Of a DNA stretch of 64,000 bases, positions 1 through 13,766 are shown piece by piece. The stretch comes from Octopus vulgaris (Eukaryota). Below the pieces are notes generated by a model. That model saw only the letters and a program-made list of their open reading frames with translations, ran no database searches and was not told the origin of the DNA. Both the position numbers and the translations under genes were made by a program. The stretch lies in the NCBI GenBank assembly GCA_951406725.2, contig OX597830.1:15934001-15998000 (forward strand). The letters are read 5' to 3'. Numbering within the stretch: position 1 is the first letter of the stretch; every line of letters starts with the position of its first letter.

Positions 1-103
1 AAAATAGATTGAAATGCAATAGATCGATACTAGGGCCATAATTATGGGTGACATTTTCATTTGACACTGCTAGAAAAATATCCCATTTTCCGTAGCGGTG
101 TCG

Positions 104-318
104 TACGAAATTGTCACCCATAATTATAACCCTAGTATCGATCTATTGCATTTCAAGCTATTTTAGATTACATCCCCGTAACTTCTAAAAGGTATAAAAT
201 GGAAGAAACCGATTGTGAAACGATGGTGGGAAACAAACACAGGCATGAAGACACACATATATGAGCAGACACATGGAACCAAATAGTTGGAAAGCCAACT
301 TCTTACCTCACAGCCACG

Positions 319-410
<92 letters not shown>

Positions 411-495
411 TAGATAGATAGATGCATACATACATACATACATACATACATACATGCATACATATGCATGTATGTATGTCTGTATGTATGTATGC

Positions 496-588
<93 letters not shown>

Positions 589-803
589 CGTGGCTGTGAG
601 GTAAGAAGTTGGCTTTCCAACTATTTGGTTCCATGTGTCTGCTCATATATGTGTGTCTTCATGCCTGTGTTTGTTTCCCACCATCGTTTCACAATCGGTT
701 TCTTCCATTTTATACCTTTTAGAAGTTACGGGGATGTAATCTAAAATAGCTTGAAATGCAATAGATCGATACTAGGGTTATAAATATGGGTGACAATTTC
801 GTA
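104..803. repeat. ~700-bp near-perfect palindrome centred on a microsatellite block
   Basis: 104-320 is the reverse complement of ~586-803 with about one mismatch seen; the mirrored ORFs 163..459(-) and 454..744(+) have identical C-termini. Confidence 0.9.
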
Positions 804-1029
804 TATATATATATATATATATATATAATACTACAAAATTAGAGAATGGAGAAACATACTTAAATCAGTAAAGCATCAACTATCCGATGATACTCAATCC
901 ATACTTTAATACACCATTACATATGAGTAAAGGCAATATATAAAATGAAATGAGATATACAGTAATAGTAAAAGTAAAAAGATAAAGAGATATAAGTAAA
1001 AAATTCCAAATATAATATGCAAATAAATC

Positions 1030-1142
1030 AAAACTGACAGCTGTTTCGGCAGTGAGGACAGTCATACCTCATTTAACCTATAAGCCATAAAGGCAGGTAT
1101 AAATGAGGCATTAACAAGGATGCCCCACGGCCTCTTCAGAGA

Positions 1143-1146
<4 letters not shown>
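1030..1146 (-). ncRNA. Type I hammerhead ribozyme motif with extended helix II (Penelope pLTR-like)
   Basis: Minus strand reads CTGAAGA-GGC...(~80 nt)...GCC-GAAA-CAGCTG-TC; palindromic helix III ACAGCTGT, GUC cleavage triplet; helix I weak. Confidence 0.7.
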
Positions 1147-1187
<41 letters not shown>

Positions 1188-1266
1188 GATAATTATTTGA
1201 GGTAATATTAATCCTAACTTACAGGGAAAAAATTCAATTTAGAAATACTAAATCAAATTTCACACA

Positions 1267-1334
<68 letters not shown>

Positions 1335-1548
1335 AAATTAGAAAGAACCACCTTTTATCAATTCATAATGAACAAATAGATTACACCATCTAGAAAAATA
1401 TATACGTTTTTATTATTTTTTTGCAATTTACTTAATCATTGGTATTTAATTGTTATTTTAGTTTTAATATTTCTATTATACGTAATTTTCTAGATGGTGT
1501 AATTTAATTGTTCATTTTGAATTGATAAAAGGTGGTTCTTTCTAATTT
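1335..1548. repeat. Fold-back inverted repeat flanked by (TA)n
   Basis: aaattagaaagaaccacc...catctagaaaa pairs with ttttctagatg...ggtggttctttctaattt. Confidence 0.8.
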
Positions 1549-2562
1549 TATATATATATGTATATATATATATATACATACACACACTCACTCACACACC
1601 TGTATGTACGCGCACACACATGCACACACACACACTTCCACACACCCACACGTACATACATACACACTCATACACATACACACACACACACACACGGACA
1701 TACATCTATGCACACACATATATACACACATACTCACATACATTCATCGGACACACTGACACCCAGACATACACACAGACACACTCACACATCCACACAC
1801 ATACATACTTACGCGCATACTCGCAGGCGCGCGCACACACGCGCTTGCGCCGGTTCGCGCACGCATACGCGCTGCATGCACCTCGCTCTTGGACCCGACG
1901 AGACCTCCCGCTCGTTCCTGGGACCGTCGCCTGTCGTTAGGTTCTCCCACGCCCGTCTCCGCGGGACCACTCTTCCATCTTCCCCTCAGCTGGAGTCCTT
2001 TTTCCTTAACCCCCCCCCTTTTTTGTTACACACACGCGCACACATACACACACCCACTCACACACACACATTGCTTAAATATATACATTACTCTTACACA
2101 CATTCAATCTACTCGCCATTAATACTACCACGACACTGGACACACACACACTACTACTCAACACACGCTGGCACGCTACATACGCCCCCACCCCTTCCCC
2201 TCCCTCCCTTCTTCCTTCCTTCATTTTCTTACTACTGACCACTGTCTGCTATGCCTACTACTGTCTCGCCCTACCTCACACGCCTACACACAGACGCACA
2301 CACTAACACATACATATATTTTTTGTTTTTTTATCTCGCCTCACACACACATACACACACGCACACGCACACACTCACACATACACACACATCTGTTGCG
2401 TTACCAACCTGTCTCCACTCTTTTGGCTTTAAAAACCTACTTTGCTCTTGTTATCGTAAACTTCCGCCTTTCACCATGTGTACTTCGTAAACACCAGTCG
2501 TTTTTTTCTCCATCTCCTGTTGCCCGCTTTGGGATCTTTCTTTCCTCTCTCTTCCTTCTTTA

Positions 2563-2598
2563 TGTTTCCGACGAAGAGCTCCGCTCGAAACGTCATAC
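2563..2598 (+). ncRNA. Minimal hammerhead ribozyme motif (U4C core) in a pLTR-like fragment
   Basis: gttt-CCGACGA-A-GAGC-tcc-GCTC-GAAA-CG-TC-atac; the fragment ends at (TA)n near 2692. Confidence 0.7.
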
Positions 2599-2687
2599 CT
2601 TCCTGCTTCCATATTTCCTGAGCGCCTATTAATAATAATACTGTAATTGTTCCACTGTTGTTGTTTTTTTGTTTTCCCGTTTGGATT

Positions 2688-2744
<57 letters not shown>

Positions 2745-3844
2745 TGCAGCGTGGAAGGTGTTTATAAGCCATTTAAGAAACACACAAAAGCCGTTCGATT
2801 CACTCCAACATTTAAGTTTAATTTGTCAAAATATTTTCGTCGCTAAAGTCCGTGCTGCATCTAAGAAAGTAACAGTTAGTTCGTCATATATATGTACGTA
2901 TGTATGTGTGTATGTATGCATACATGTGTGTATGTATGTACGTATGCATGTACGCACATACGCCTGTGTGTGCATGTATGTATGTATGTATGTATGTATG
3001 TATATATGTACGTGTGTGTATAAGCACGCACATACACTCTATAAAACATAAAGTTATAAACCTGTAGCGATGGATGGATGTAGAGTGACCACTCATCACA
3101 ACGCTATCAAATTTCAACTCCCTACGGACGAGGCTAGAAAGTGAATTTATGACGCTTGCTCACAAGAACTATACCCTAAAATCTATTATCAGATTTTTAT
3201 CTCTATATCACAGAACTAATGTTTTACTATTGTTCGTATGTATGTATGTGCGTATGTATGTATGTATGTATGTATGTATGTATGTATGTATGTATGTATG
3301 TATGTATGTATATATGTATGTGTGTATGTACATACGTACGCATGTGCGTATGTATGTATACGCGCTCGTATGCATGTGCCCATGTATGTGTGTGCGTACA
3401 TGTACGTGCGTATGTACGTGTGTATGCCCATACGTAGGTATATATGTATGTTTGTATTCATGTGCTACGTATGTATGTGAGTGTCTAGGAGAATGGGTAG
3501 ATGTGTCCGTGAGAGTGTGTACATGTGTATGTGTATGTGAACGTATGTCCGTGTACTGGCATGTGTCCGTCCAAGTTGTGTACATGACTGTTACTTTGCT
3601 GAAGGTTGTATACATATTTACATATATGTTAGTATAGACGCACACACATATATATATATGTGTGTGGGTGTGTGTTTGTTCCTCTCATCATCGTCTAACC
3701 GTGAATGGATACAACGCCTAGGTGCAACTGTTCGTATCAAACAACGTCTGCTCATACCGTTGTATATAACTGCACATACGCATTGCAACCTGTATGTAAG
3801 GACTACAGGTGAAAGGGAGAGAGAGAGAGGGGTGGTTATAGAAT

Positions 3845-4430
3845 AGTCCTTCTGAATGGGTTCTGGATGTTATTCCATTCGGTCGGTTGAGAGTAGGTTT
3901 GTATTCTTGTATACGCATCGGTGGGATGTGTTGATAGGATGTTCAACTTAAGCTCCCCTAAGGATCCCTTGTGGCAGTCTACAGCATGTTGGTAGAAGAT
4001 GGAGTTTGGCTTCCTTTCAATGTAGTTGTCCAGGTGTTCTTTGAACCTATCATTGATGCTTCTAGAGGTCTTACCTATGTATGACTCCGGGTTAGCCGCG
4101 CAAGCTCCCTCCTGGCACTTAATCTGGTATACAGTGCCCTTGGTTTTACAATTTACGTGTGGATTTGTCGAACACACTGCACAATTACTCTGACAGGTGA
4201 TTCTATCAAATGGATATGATCTGCATAATGCCGATTTGATAGTCCTACCTGTCTTTTCTACAACTTTAACTTTTAGGCCCGTAGTGCGCAGGACTTTCTT
4301 GAATGCCTTACTTAGCTCGTTCTTAGGTGTGGCGTCAACGAACATCACTCCGTGAAATCTCCTGTTATCGTACCAAGTAACGTTTCTCATCTTTTTGTTG
4401 GTGTCCCTCTCTAACCTATTCCAAGTTCTC
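3845..4430 (-). mobile_element. Penelope-like retroelement fragment: RT thumb/linker, Cys-rich linker and GIY-YIG endonuclease (Naiad-like)
   Basis: ORF 3836..4390: WY..VMFVDATP, C-x3-C-x2-C-x7-C linker, GTVYQIKC..YIGKTSRSINDRFKEH; frameshifted near the C-terminus; truncated at (TA)n. Confidence 0.85.
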
Positions 4431-4440
4431 CATTACATCT

Positions 4441-4518
<78 letters not shown>

Positions 4519-4681
4519 CATATGCTGTGTGCGCGCGCGTGTGCGTGTGTGTTACGTAAGTAGTTATAATGAGAGATTACCTCTCGATATTAATACTGCC
4601 TCTGTCCCTTAATATATATTTCTAGTATAAGTGTAAATAAATATACATATATATATGGATGTATGTATATATATATATGCA

Positions 4682-4736
<55 letters not shown>

Positions 4737-4738
<2 letters not shown>

Positions 4739-4886
4739 TCTCCTTGTTTCTTTCTGTGTTCCTTTCTGTGGAAGAGCGTAGGCTCGAAACGTAAAAAGCC
4801 TTTTTCTATTCCCGGGCGGTATACTAATACATGTTTGTTTTCTACACCACCTGTCTTCCTCTTTTGTTTTTTTTCGTGAATTCTTC

Positions 4887-4887
<1 letters not shown>
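4737..4887 (+). mobile_element. pLTR-like repeat family P1, copy 1, with minimal hammerhead at 4762-4797 (CTGTGGA core)
   Basis: cttt-CTGTGGA-A-GAGC-gtag-GCTC-GAAA-CG-TA-aaa; homologous to 8160-8360, 27450-27637 and 30487-30640; embedded in (TA)n. Confidence 0.75.
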
Positions 4888-4923
<36 letters not shown>

Positions 4924-6601
4924 ATACATATATACATACGTGTGTGTGTGTGTATGTGTGTGTGTGTGTACATATATACATACGTGTGTGTGTGTGTGTG
5001 TGTGTTAGAAACACACTTATGTCCAATCTCGTTTTCTGTCCATCCATTACTGTCTTCGTTCCCGAAATACCACAAGCTAAGTATGTCGCTCATTCTATAT
5101 TATTCCTCTGTAAATGTACTATTATAGATAATGGTTTTGTAAGGATTGTCACTTGAACAACCAACACGCCCGGGATGGTCGGTGACGCTACGAAATGGAC
5201 TGAAAATATTAGCAAGAGAAATCTGTTATTGTTGTTGTTGTTGCTGTTGTTGTTATTACCATTGTTATCATTGCTCTTGTTGTTGTTGTTGTTATTATTA
5301 TTGTTGTTGTTTTTGTGGCCGTTGCCGTTGTTGCTGCTGCTACTGTTTATTTGTGGGTTAGCCTCGATCGCAAAAAAAAAAAAATTAAGTAAATAAAATG
5401 ATTAAAGGCGTTCCTGTCGTGACCATCGTGTCTGTTTTAAAGACATGTAAGAATACATCAACTAATTGTAACGTTTCTTTATTTAGGATGTTAGATATAA
5501 GTCAAGAGATATTTAGCTGCTATTTTTAGGTGGTCGAGTGACTGAGTGGAGGCTTTGTTGATCATTTATTTATCGCTATGTTTTAAGTTGGAGTAGAAAC
5601 ATTTTTCTCTTCATTTCGTCTCCGATTAATCGCATCGCTCGGAATATTAATCTCTACTCCATCTTGTTGCAGGCTTTTTTCTATTTTTAGGTGTTTCTCG
5701 CATTTGTATTTGTCACCGTCTCTCTTACTGAATCTCCACAGTGTATTTATTGTGTATGTAATTCTTTGCACCAGAACTGCCGCGGTAAACCATTCCTCCC
5801 ACCCACTCCCTCTGCAACTAAAAATGCCTCCATAGGCATTGTATTTTCGCTATTCACAATCTGTTACAAAAATACCGCAACAGGCTACGCGTTCTCCCTC
5901 TCCATCCTTCCTCTCCTGCACCACCTCTAATATTATAAATATAACAATAGGCTATGATCCCAGCCTGACATCTCTTCTATATAATAACAACACATCAAAG
6001 AAAGATCAATACATAAATTCTATGCCAATAAAACCTCTCAGAACTAAATTAAAAGACAGTTTTATTAAAACTAATACGCACATCTCTCAGAAAATAATTC
6101 ATGAAATTAATTTCTTTGTGATATTTACAAAAATTAATTGAATATTTTATTTTTACAATGAGTTTTCGGTGTTTTATGTCGTTGTTTCCTAGGAATATCC
6201 ACAGAATGAAATCGGTTTATGTTTCCAGCACAGAACTAAATGATACATCAAAACACTATTATTGATTTTGATCCCAACTGGCGTTGCAGACTTTGCACTA
6301 TTATACCGCCAACATTTTGTATCAACTTGGTGCCTCAAATGTAAGCTGATAGGATCATCTCAGAGTATTTTTAGTAATTTAGACACGCAAAATATTGGTC
6401 ATCGATCTGCATTTTACACAATATTACATATTATTTTAATGATGGCTTTTAACCCTTTTAATATTTATAGTTTGTTATCGCAAGTATTAGCAGTTCCTTT
6501 TTTTAAGTAATGTATAATAAAATTATCATGTTAATAACAAAAACTTCGCTAGTTTTGAAAGAACAGATTGTCTGATTACGAGCTCAAAATGCAGATGTTT
6601 A

Positions 6602-6975
6602 TATACAGGGCGCTCTAGAATTATATAATTGAGTAAAATGGGGCAATTTTTTAAAAAAACTCACTTTTATTCATGGTTATCATGTTTTGTTAAAAGTGTA
6701 TAAATTTTTAATCTTATTTATAATTCTATAATATTTACAACTTGTTTTTTATAATTCCTGTTGGGTCCCGCTTATCTGTCCACAACAACTTTTTTCAATT
6801 TGGCTGCATTCATTCTCTGTACCTCCATCCCCAGGATGGTGCAATAATAGTTTAGTTGGACTTAAAGAATGCAGTGTAGGAGATAACCACCGAAATGCTT
6901 CAAAATGTGTTTCGCCAGCGCTAAGGATAAATTTGAAATTTGCAGGATACAGACGGAGCACATGTCGAAAATTTT
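6602..6975 (+). mobile_element. Degenerate Tc1/mariner-superfamily transposon remnant
   Basis: Starts TA-CAGGG; a broken reading frame gives EITTEMLQNVF...FEICR..DGAHVE, typical of a transposase C-terminus. Confidence 0.5.
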
Positions 6976-7364
6976 CAGAAAAAACTTATGACATAAGATT
7001 TATAAATCTATTTGTTTTGGTATCATAATTAAGTAATAAACATAAAATTTTATCAGATTTTTAATATATTTGCCCGATTTCATTGAAATAGATAGTTAAT
7101 ACTGGGACTGAAGTCTTCAGGAGATTTCTACTGAAGACCTGGAACCCGCAAGCTGACCGGGTAGACTCCGAGTAGCGGTCTAAGGGAGATGATCCCTTTC
7201 GCTTAACCCGTCTCCTTTGTGTGTTCAACAACTAGCCACGAGGTCCTTTCTTCCTCCATTTGGAAGAGAGGTTATAGGCCACCGCCCATTAACGCCTGAT
7301 GAAACGCTGTAAAGCTTAGTGCTTTGCAAAACTCGAGGTAACCTCATAGACCAGCCATAACTAT

Positions 7365-7460
<96 letters not shown>

Positions 7461-7462
<2 letters not shown>

Positions 7463-7700
7463 TGTCCATGCCTTCGTAACGCGGAGTAGATGAAACAGGG
7501 ACAACTGAAGAAGGGGAATAGTCTTTATGTTGTGTGTCTCGTTTCTCTCGTTTGTTTTTTTCCTTGTTCGAAAAAAGTTCGTTTCTATGTTTTTGTTTGT
7601 ATGTTTTCGTTTCTCATTGTGTTCAACGTTTTTTTGATGTCCTGTACCCATATATGCATGTATATATACATATATATGTAGGTATGTATATATGCATATA
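7461..7700 (+). repeat. Interspersed repeat, probably Penelope pLTR-derived; inverted homologue at ~58760-58995
   Basis: gcggagtagatgaaacagggacaactgaaga...gtcctgtacccatatatgcatg matches the reverse complement of 58780-58975. Confidence 0.7.
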
Positions 7701-8078
7701 TTTATATATTATTTATATCTTTATATATATACATATATGCCTGTCACTTTTATACTTATATACTGGGAGTAGGGTCGAGTAAGCTGCTGTTTCTTGCCAG
7801 CGGTTGTCCAGCACCGAGGATGGAAAATTAACCAGAAATCATTGGTCTGCTGGTACAGGTAGTGACTAGGAGGGAGTAGTACGCTCCCTTGCTCACAATA
7901 TATTTCATACACAGATTGTGTGTCGATAACCAGCTGGAAAATATGTTTTACTGGGGTTAAAAGGTAGTAACATAGTTCTACGCAGGACTGTTACCTTACG
8001 TTTGGCAAATAGACTTTACTATGCAGTATTGTTACTACTTCGATCTCATTCAGAGATTTAAAACTAGTTGTTTTACTC

Positions 8079-8159
<81 letters not shown>

Positions 8160-8163
<4 letters not shown>

Positions 8164-8360
8164 AGAGTTCACGTAAAAAACAAAATACAAAGACAGGCGG
8201 TGTACAAAACAAACAGATGTATTAGTATAACGCTCAGGATTAGAAAAAGTCTTTTACGTTTCGAGCCAACGCACTTCTTCAGAAAGGGACACAGAAAAAA
8301 AAACAAGGAGAGAAACAAGGAGAGAAAAAATGTGTGTAGTGGCTACCGATCTATCATATA
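8160..8360 (-). mobile_element. pLTR-like repeat family P1, copy 2, with canonical-core minimal hammerhead at 8251-8286
   Basis: Minus strand reads cttt-CTGAAGA-A-GTGC-gttg-GCTC-GAAA-CG-TA-aaag; helix I cttt/aaag; abuts (TA)n. Confidence 0.8.
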
Positions 8361-8385
8361 TATGTATATATTAGTTGCTTTACTC

Positions 8386-8430
<45 letters not shown>

Positions 8431-9382
8431 TAATAACCCGGTATTAGAACTCAACATATATATGCTTCAGAACAACGCGTCATGCCAGTACAGAGCAGTA
8501 ATGGGAAATTGAATAAATGACAAGGGAATAAGAAATTTTGTCATGAACTCCGATGAAGCTATAAGGCTGATACACAAGCACTCAACTATGAGTACATTGC
8601 ATCGTATAGCAGAAACAGCTGTGAGCCAAGAAAGATCATGCCAATTTTTTATTCCCTTCACATTTAATTAATTTTTCATATACATATATATTTGTGTGTA
8701 TGTGTGCGCGTGTGTGTTTTCTATCCCCCACCACCGCTTGACAACTGGTATTGTTGTGTTGATGTCCCAGTAACTTAACTGTTCGGCAAAAGACACCGAT
8801 AAAATAATTCCTGGGGTCGATTCATTCGACTCAAATTTCTTCAAGGTGGTGTCCCAGAATGGCCTTTGTCTAATGACAGAAACAAGTAAGAGATAAAAGA
8901 GAAACGTATAATACTCATACGAAATAGCCTAGTTGAGACAAGGTTAGGCTCGAGGTTCCTGGTTCAATCCAGGTTCTCAGCATGTTGGTGAAGTTTTGTT
9001 GTTCTTGAAACCGCCTTGATTTTCGACAACCATTTTTAATTCAATGAATGTCTCTCTTCTATTTTTTCCTGCAACTAGTTTTTAATGAGTCAGGCATTTT
9101 CACTTTAATCAGATCTTTAATTTTTTTCCCAAAATCTTCTCTTAGTTCTTATAGAAAAAACAACACAACACCCATCACTTTCGGAAACATTTTTTCACGC
9201 CCAGAATTGCTGAAGCATGGAACATACCACCTGCATCAGTTGTTAGCAGTCGAGGCACTACATCTTTCAAAACTTCTATGCTTCCTGAAATTCGCCAACA
9301 CTTCACCTAATGCTTTTTTTATTTATTGATTTAATTATTAGTTGTAGTGCATCTGAGCATTGTATGCAACAATTTCATTATA

Positions 9383-9770
9383 CTACTAGCACTATGACCC
9401 GGCAATGCATATACAGCTGTGCATGCATATACAGCTGCCTGCATGCGCACATACACGCGAGTACTGTCCAAATCTCCAACCAATCACATACAGCTAGCTG
9501 GCATTCAATTGGCGTATTAAGTTTCGAGCATTTTGATTGGGTTTTGGATAGAAAATTCACAAAAAAGTCAATTCTATTGATTTTTTAATGGCTTTGCGGG
9601 GTGACTGGGGAAATGTAACGATGTGCACGACCACCCTTGGACGGTTTTAAATGACCATAGAAAGTTCGAGCCCTCTAACTGAAAATTTGTGGACTTGTAT
9701 AAAGGATACACACACACACACGCACACACACACACACAGACATGTTGCCGCTTATATATATAGAGATTAT
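9383..9770 (+). mobile_element. Non-autonomous Helentron/HINE-like element; second copy at 38710-39080
   Basis: Begins actagc..tatgacccggc and ends (CA)n...gccgcttatatatatagagatt; highly similar to 38710-39080. Confidence 0.55.
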
Positions 9771-11394
9771 ATTATACTAAAATTTGGGACCAGAAGTTAC
9801 AAAACTTGCGGCTAGTCATCAACATTAACAATGTCTGCAATCTTAACTATTCTTATTCTAATCATGCTAAAATGCAATGTACTTTTAAGGAAACTTAGAG
9901 ATATAGTTTCGTCACTCAAGACCTACGTCTAATGCAGTGACGTATGGTGGTTGTTGTATCGGGTGATCTGTCACACCTAATACCACCAAATTTCAAGCAG
10001 GGTATAACAAAGTTTCCCATTAAGATTTGTGATTGAATTAATAAGAAAAATTAGTATTTATAATGAATTTGCCATTTTCGATCGGTGTACAGTGCACACT
10101 AGCACACCCGGAGTATACGTCCCTGCTCTAATGAGGTGCCTTTGATGTGATGTGCTTCAATTTTTTTCCGATACTGTTGTCGATGATGTTGTATCTCACT
10201 GCGGAAAGCTGTGTCTCGAAGCACTGCCTGATCAAACTTGAGAAAATAAATCATTTCCACATTCATTCGGAACATGTAACGAAAAACACTGGCTGAGAAT
10301 CAAATCTTAAACTTCAGAATTCGAACATACAAGTTTACAGGGGACCACTTTTATTACAAACAGTGGATGTCCGTTTTTATCCAAACAATAATTCTGCCGA
10401 GGTCGAATTTGCCTTTCATCCTTTCGGGATCGATTAAATAAGTACCTGTTATGCACTGGAGTCGATGTAATTGGTTTAAAAAAATGTTTAAAGTGAGCTT
10501 CTTAACCAAGAAGCCATGTCTGGCTGTCTGTCTGTCTGTCCATCCATCTGTTTGTCTATTTTTCTCTTTGTCCGTTCGTCCGTCGGCCCGTCTGTCTGTC
10601 ACTCTGTATGTATGTATGTATGTATGTATGTATGTATGTATGTATGTATGTACATAGTACTTATGTATGTGCGTATGTATACATTTATGTATGTAAACGT
10701 ACGCATGTATGTATGCATGTAGTACTATGTATGTATGTATGCATGTATGTATGTATGCATGTGTGTATGTATTATGTGTGTACGTGTGTATGTATGTATG
10801 TATGTATGTGTGTATGCATTTGTGTATCTGGAATTGACGCTATAAATTCATAAACACCAGCAGAAAAGAAAATAAACCAAGCGAAATTAAATGGCTACCT
10901 TTCGATAAATGACAACGGATTTAAAAGTAGTTTCTGACTTGTGGTGATGTGTCTACCCAACAGGGAAAATAATATGAGAATTGAAAAATGTCGACATTTT
11001 TCTTTGTTCTTCCTTGTATTGTTTCTTTAGCCACAATTTCATCTTTTCAGACATTTCATGGACAATGTCTTTTATTCCAAGAGAATTAGTAATAATCAGG
11101 AGACATAATGAGAATTATTGACGTGATCCATCCAAATTTTTTTCCGCTTTCTTCAACTAAATTTCTTTCAAGAAGATTAGAATAAAATAGACTTAAGATT
11201 TAAAATATGTTCAAAGTTTCATACAATAAGAGAAACATCAAATATGTCGCATTCACTTTGGGGAAAATAAGCGGTTCTCAGTCAGTTTCGTCGATGTGGA
11301 TTCACTAGTTTGATCAACTGAACAATTTGTTTATTGACGTCTTTTAGTCTTTTAGTGGTTGAGTATTCCATAGACGTGCGTTTTCTTCTTTAAT

Positions 11395-12265
11395 TCTTTT
11401 GACTCCTTGTGGAGCAGAAGGTACAGATAAAAGACTGCCATCTGTCTTGATCTTTGAGAATAGATTTCAGTTGTCTCCAAGTGCAGCAGTCTGCCAGTGC
11501 TTCAGTTTCTATAGACTGTTGGTTTGCCACGCTTCTGTCACGAAAGGCTTACCTTGTAATGTTGGAAACAAGTTGCCATAAGGTGTGTTCCAGCCAACAC
11601 CCATTTCCTTCACTTCATCCAGGTCTCGACAGGTTTCTAGTTCGGCTGTTTCCATGAGGCCTTGTTTGTGGGTCATCTCACTCGAAAGATATTCCGGAGA
11701 CATCTATTCACAAATGTTTCCTGTCTTGTCAATGGAGGACTTAGTGACTCGCCATGTTTCATTCGCGTGCAGCCGAACCCTCTGCCCGTTCACGTTAAAG
11801 ATCACGAGTTTTGTTTGTTGACAAGGTTTGTGATCTACAGATCTGTTTGGCCATCCTGAAGGCTGCTGTAACTTTTACAGTTGTTGTGTTTATGTGCTGA
11901 TCTATTCCACCCTCCTTATTGATGACACTTTCCAGGCATGTGAAATAATAGATGCCTTTAGTTTCCTCTATTCCGACAGTGAAGCTGATATCGATGGTTT
12001 CCTATAATCTCATGCTTTTTGCTTTCCTGATGTTGGTTTTGAGGTCAACTTTCATAGACACTACGCTCATTATTGTGACCTCTTCCATGTCGATGTGGAG
12101 TTGGAAAAGAAGAGCAGTGTCATCGGTGAAGTCGATATCTTCTACGTCATTGCAGAGGGAACATTCGGTTCCTCTAGGTTGTAATTTCGTTATTTCTTTT
12201 ATCACCCTGTCAATTGCCGTTAGAAAAAGAAAGGGAAATAGCTGGCTTCCTTAGCTCACCCCCGA
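11395..12265 (-). mobile_element. Degenerate RTE-clade LINE 3' fragment (reverse transcriptase)
   Basis: Minus-strand translation DIDFTDDTALL (FADD-like motif)...VDLKTNIRKAKSMRL; RTE-type 3' end. Confidence 0.65.
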
Positions 12266-12310
12266 TAGGACAGTGAGTGGATACGTTAAAGTTATATTAT
12301 ATACGACTTG

Positions 12311-12993
12311 AAATTTATCGACCCCGAAAGGATGAAAGGCAAAGTCGACCTCGGCGGAATTTGAACTCAGAACGTAACGGCAGCCGAAATACCTATTTCT
12401 TTACTACCCACAAGGGGCTAAACACAGAAAGGACAAGCAAGGACAGACAAACGGCTTGAGTCGATTACACCGACCCCAGTGCGTAACTGGTACTCAATTT
12501 ATCGACCCCGAAAGGATGAAAGGCAAAGTCGACCTCGGCGGAATTTGAACTCAGAACGTAACGGCAGACGAAATACCTATTTCTTTACTACCCACAAGGG
12601 GCTAAACACAGAAAGGACAAGCAAGGACAGACAAACGGCTTGAGTCGATTACACCGACCCCAGTGCGTAACTGGTACTCAATTTATCGACCCCGAAAGGA
12701 TGAAAGGCAAAGTCGACCTCGGCGGAATTTGAACTCAGAACGTAACGGCAGACGAAATACCTATTTCTTTACTACCCACAAGGGGCTAAACACAGAAAGG
12801 ACAAACAAGGACAGACAAACGGCTTGAGTCGATTACACCGACCCCAGTGCGTAACTGGTACTCAATTTATCGACCCCGAAAGGATGAAAGGCAAAGTCGA
12901 CCTCGGCGGAATTTGAACTCAGAACGTAACGGCAGACGAAATACCGCAAAGCATTTCGCCCGATGCGCTAACGTTTCTGCCAGCTCGCCGCCT
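12311..12993 (-). repeat. Tandem array of tRNA-derived SINE family B (one head plus ~3.5 x 184-bp units)
   Basis: accccgaaagg recurs at 12321, 12505, 12689 and 12873 (period 184); head ggcggcgagctggcagaaacgttagc at the right end; B-box-like gagttcaaatt. Confidence 0.92.
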
Positions 12994-13565
12994 TCAAATA
13001 GTTTCAAGTAGTTTCTGCCAACCTAATCGCATTTACAAGGGCTCACCCGAATTTATGGTAAAAGATATTTGCTAAACAATCCACGCAGTGACTTCGAACG
13101 AGGACTCTTGTGACCGTGAAACAACCTTCATATCCAACGACAACACTGCTCCTCTAGCAAAACGTCTCATTTAACACATTATTTCTAGTATATCTCTTAA
13201 CCCATTCAGCTCAAGATCTAGTAAGAGCTGCCGCCCAAACGTTCTGAGAGAAGGAAAATGAACTTTATCACCCACTTCCACTATTTGTTTGCCTGTTTTA
13301 TCTTAATCGCATTATTTATTTCTAATGACAGTTTTAAAGCTTCTTTCTTGATGTATTTGAAAATTAATTTAACTTTATCTTATGATTGATCTTCAGTCGA
13401 ACCTATGAGAGAGAAACCGAAAATGTTTCTATTTTTGTTTATAAATTAACAGCGTTTTATACGGAATAAGATCGAAGCTGCTCAATTGAGAATGCTACTA
13501 AGTTTTTGCAACTTCCTTCGTAAAGTCAATCCATATATACATACATACATGTATATATATATATA

Positions 13566-13616
<51 letters not shown>

Positions 13617-13724
13617 ATAGATAGATAGGTAGATAGATATAGATATACATATACATACATACATAGAGAGAGAGGGATACAGAGATATACAGACATACAC
13701 ACATATATATATATATATATATAC

Positions 13725-13766
<42 letters not shown>

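Noticed and set aside
5146-5396. Poly-Cys or poly-Leu ORFs (also 16799-17104 and 52350-52656)
   Set aside because: Products of (TTG)n and (TTA)n trinucleotide repeats.
5583-5810. Non-repetitive minus-strand ORF, possibly an exon or an old ORF1 relic (EEWFTAAVL)
   Set aside because: No recognisable domain or convincing splice context; similarity to the 31-kb ORF is too short to call.
7291-7345. Possible hammerhead CTGATGA...GTAAAGC/GCTTTGC-AAAA-CTCGAG
   Set aside because: No GAAA, a 6-nt insertion before helix II and no helix I pairing; at most a decayed relic.
12311-12993. CRISPR-like regular array
   Set aside because: Units are whole near-identical SINE segments with no unique spacers; there are no cas genes and the context is eukaryotic.
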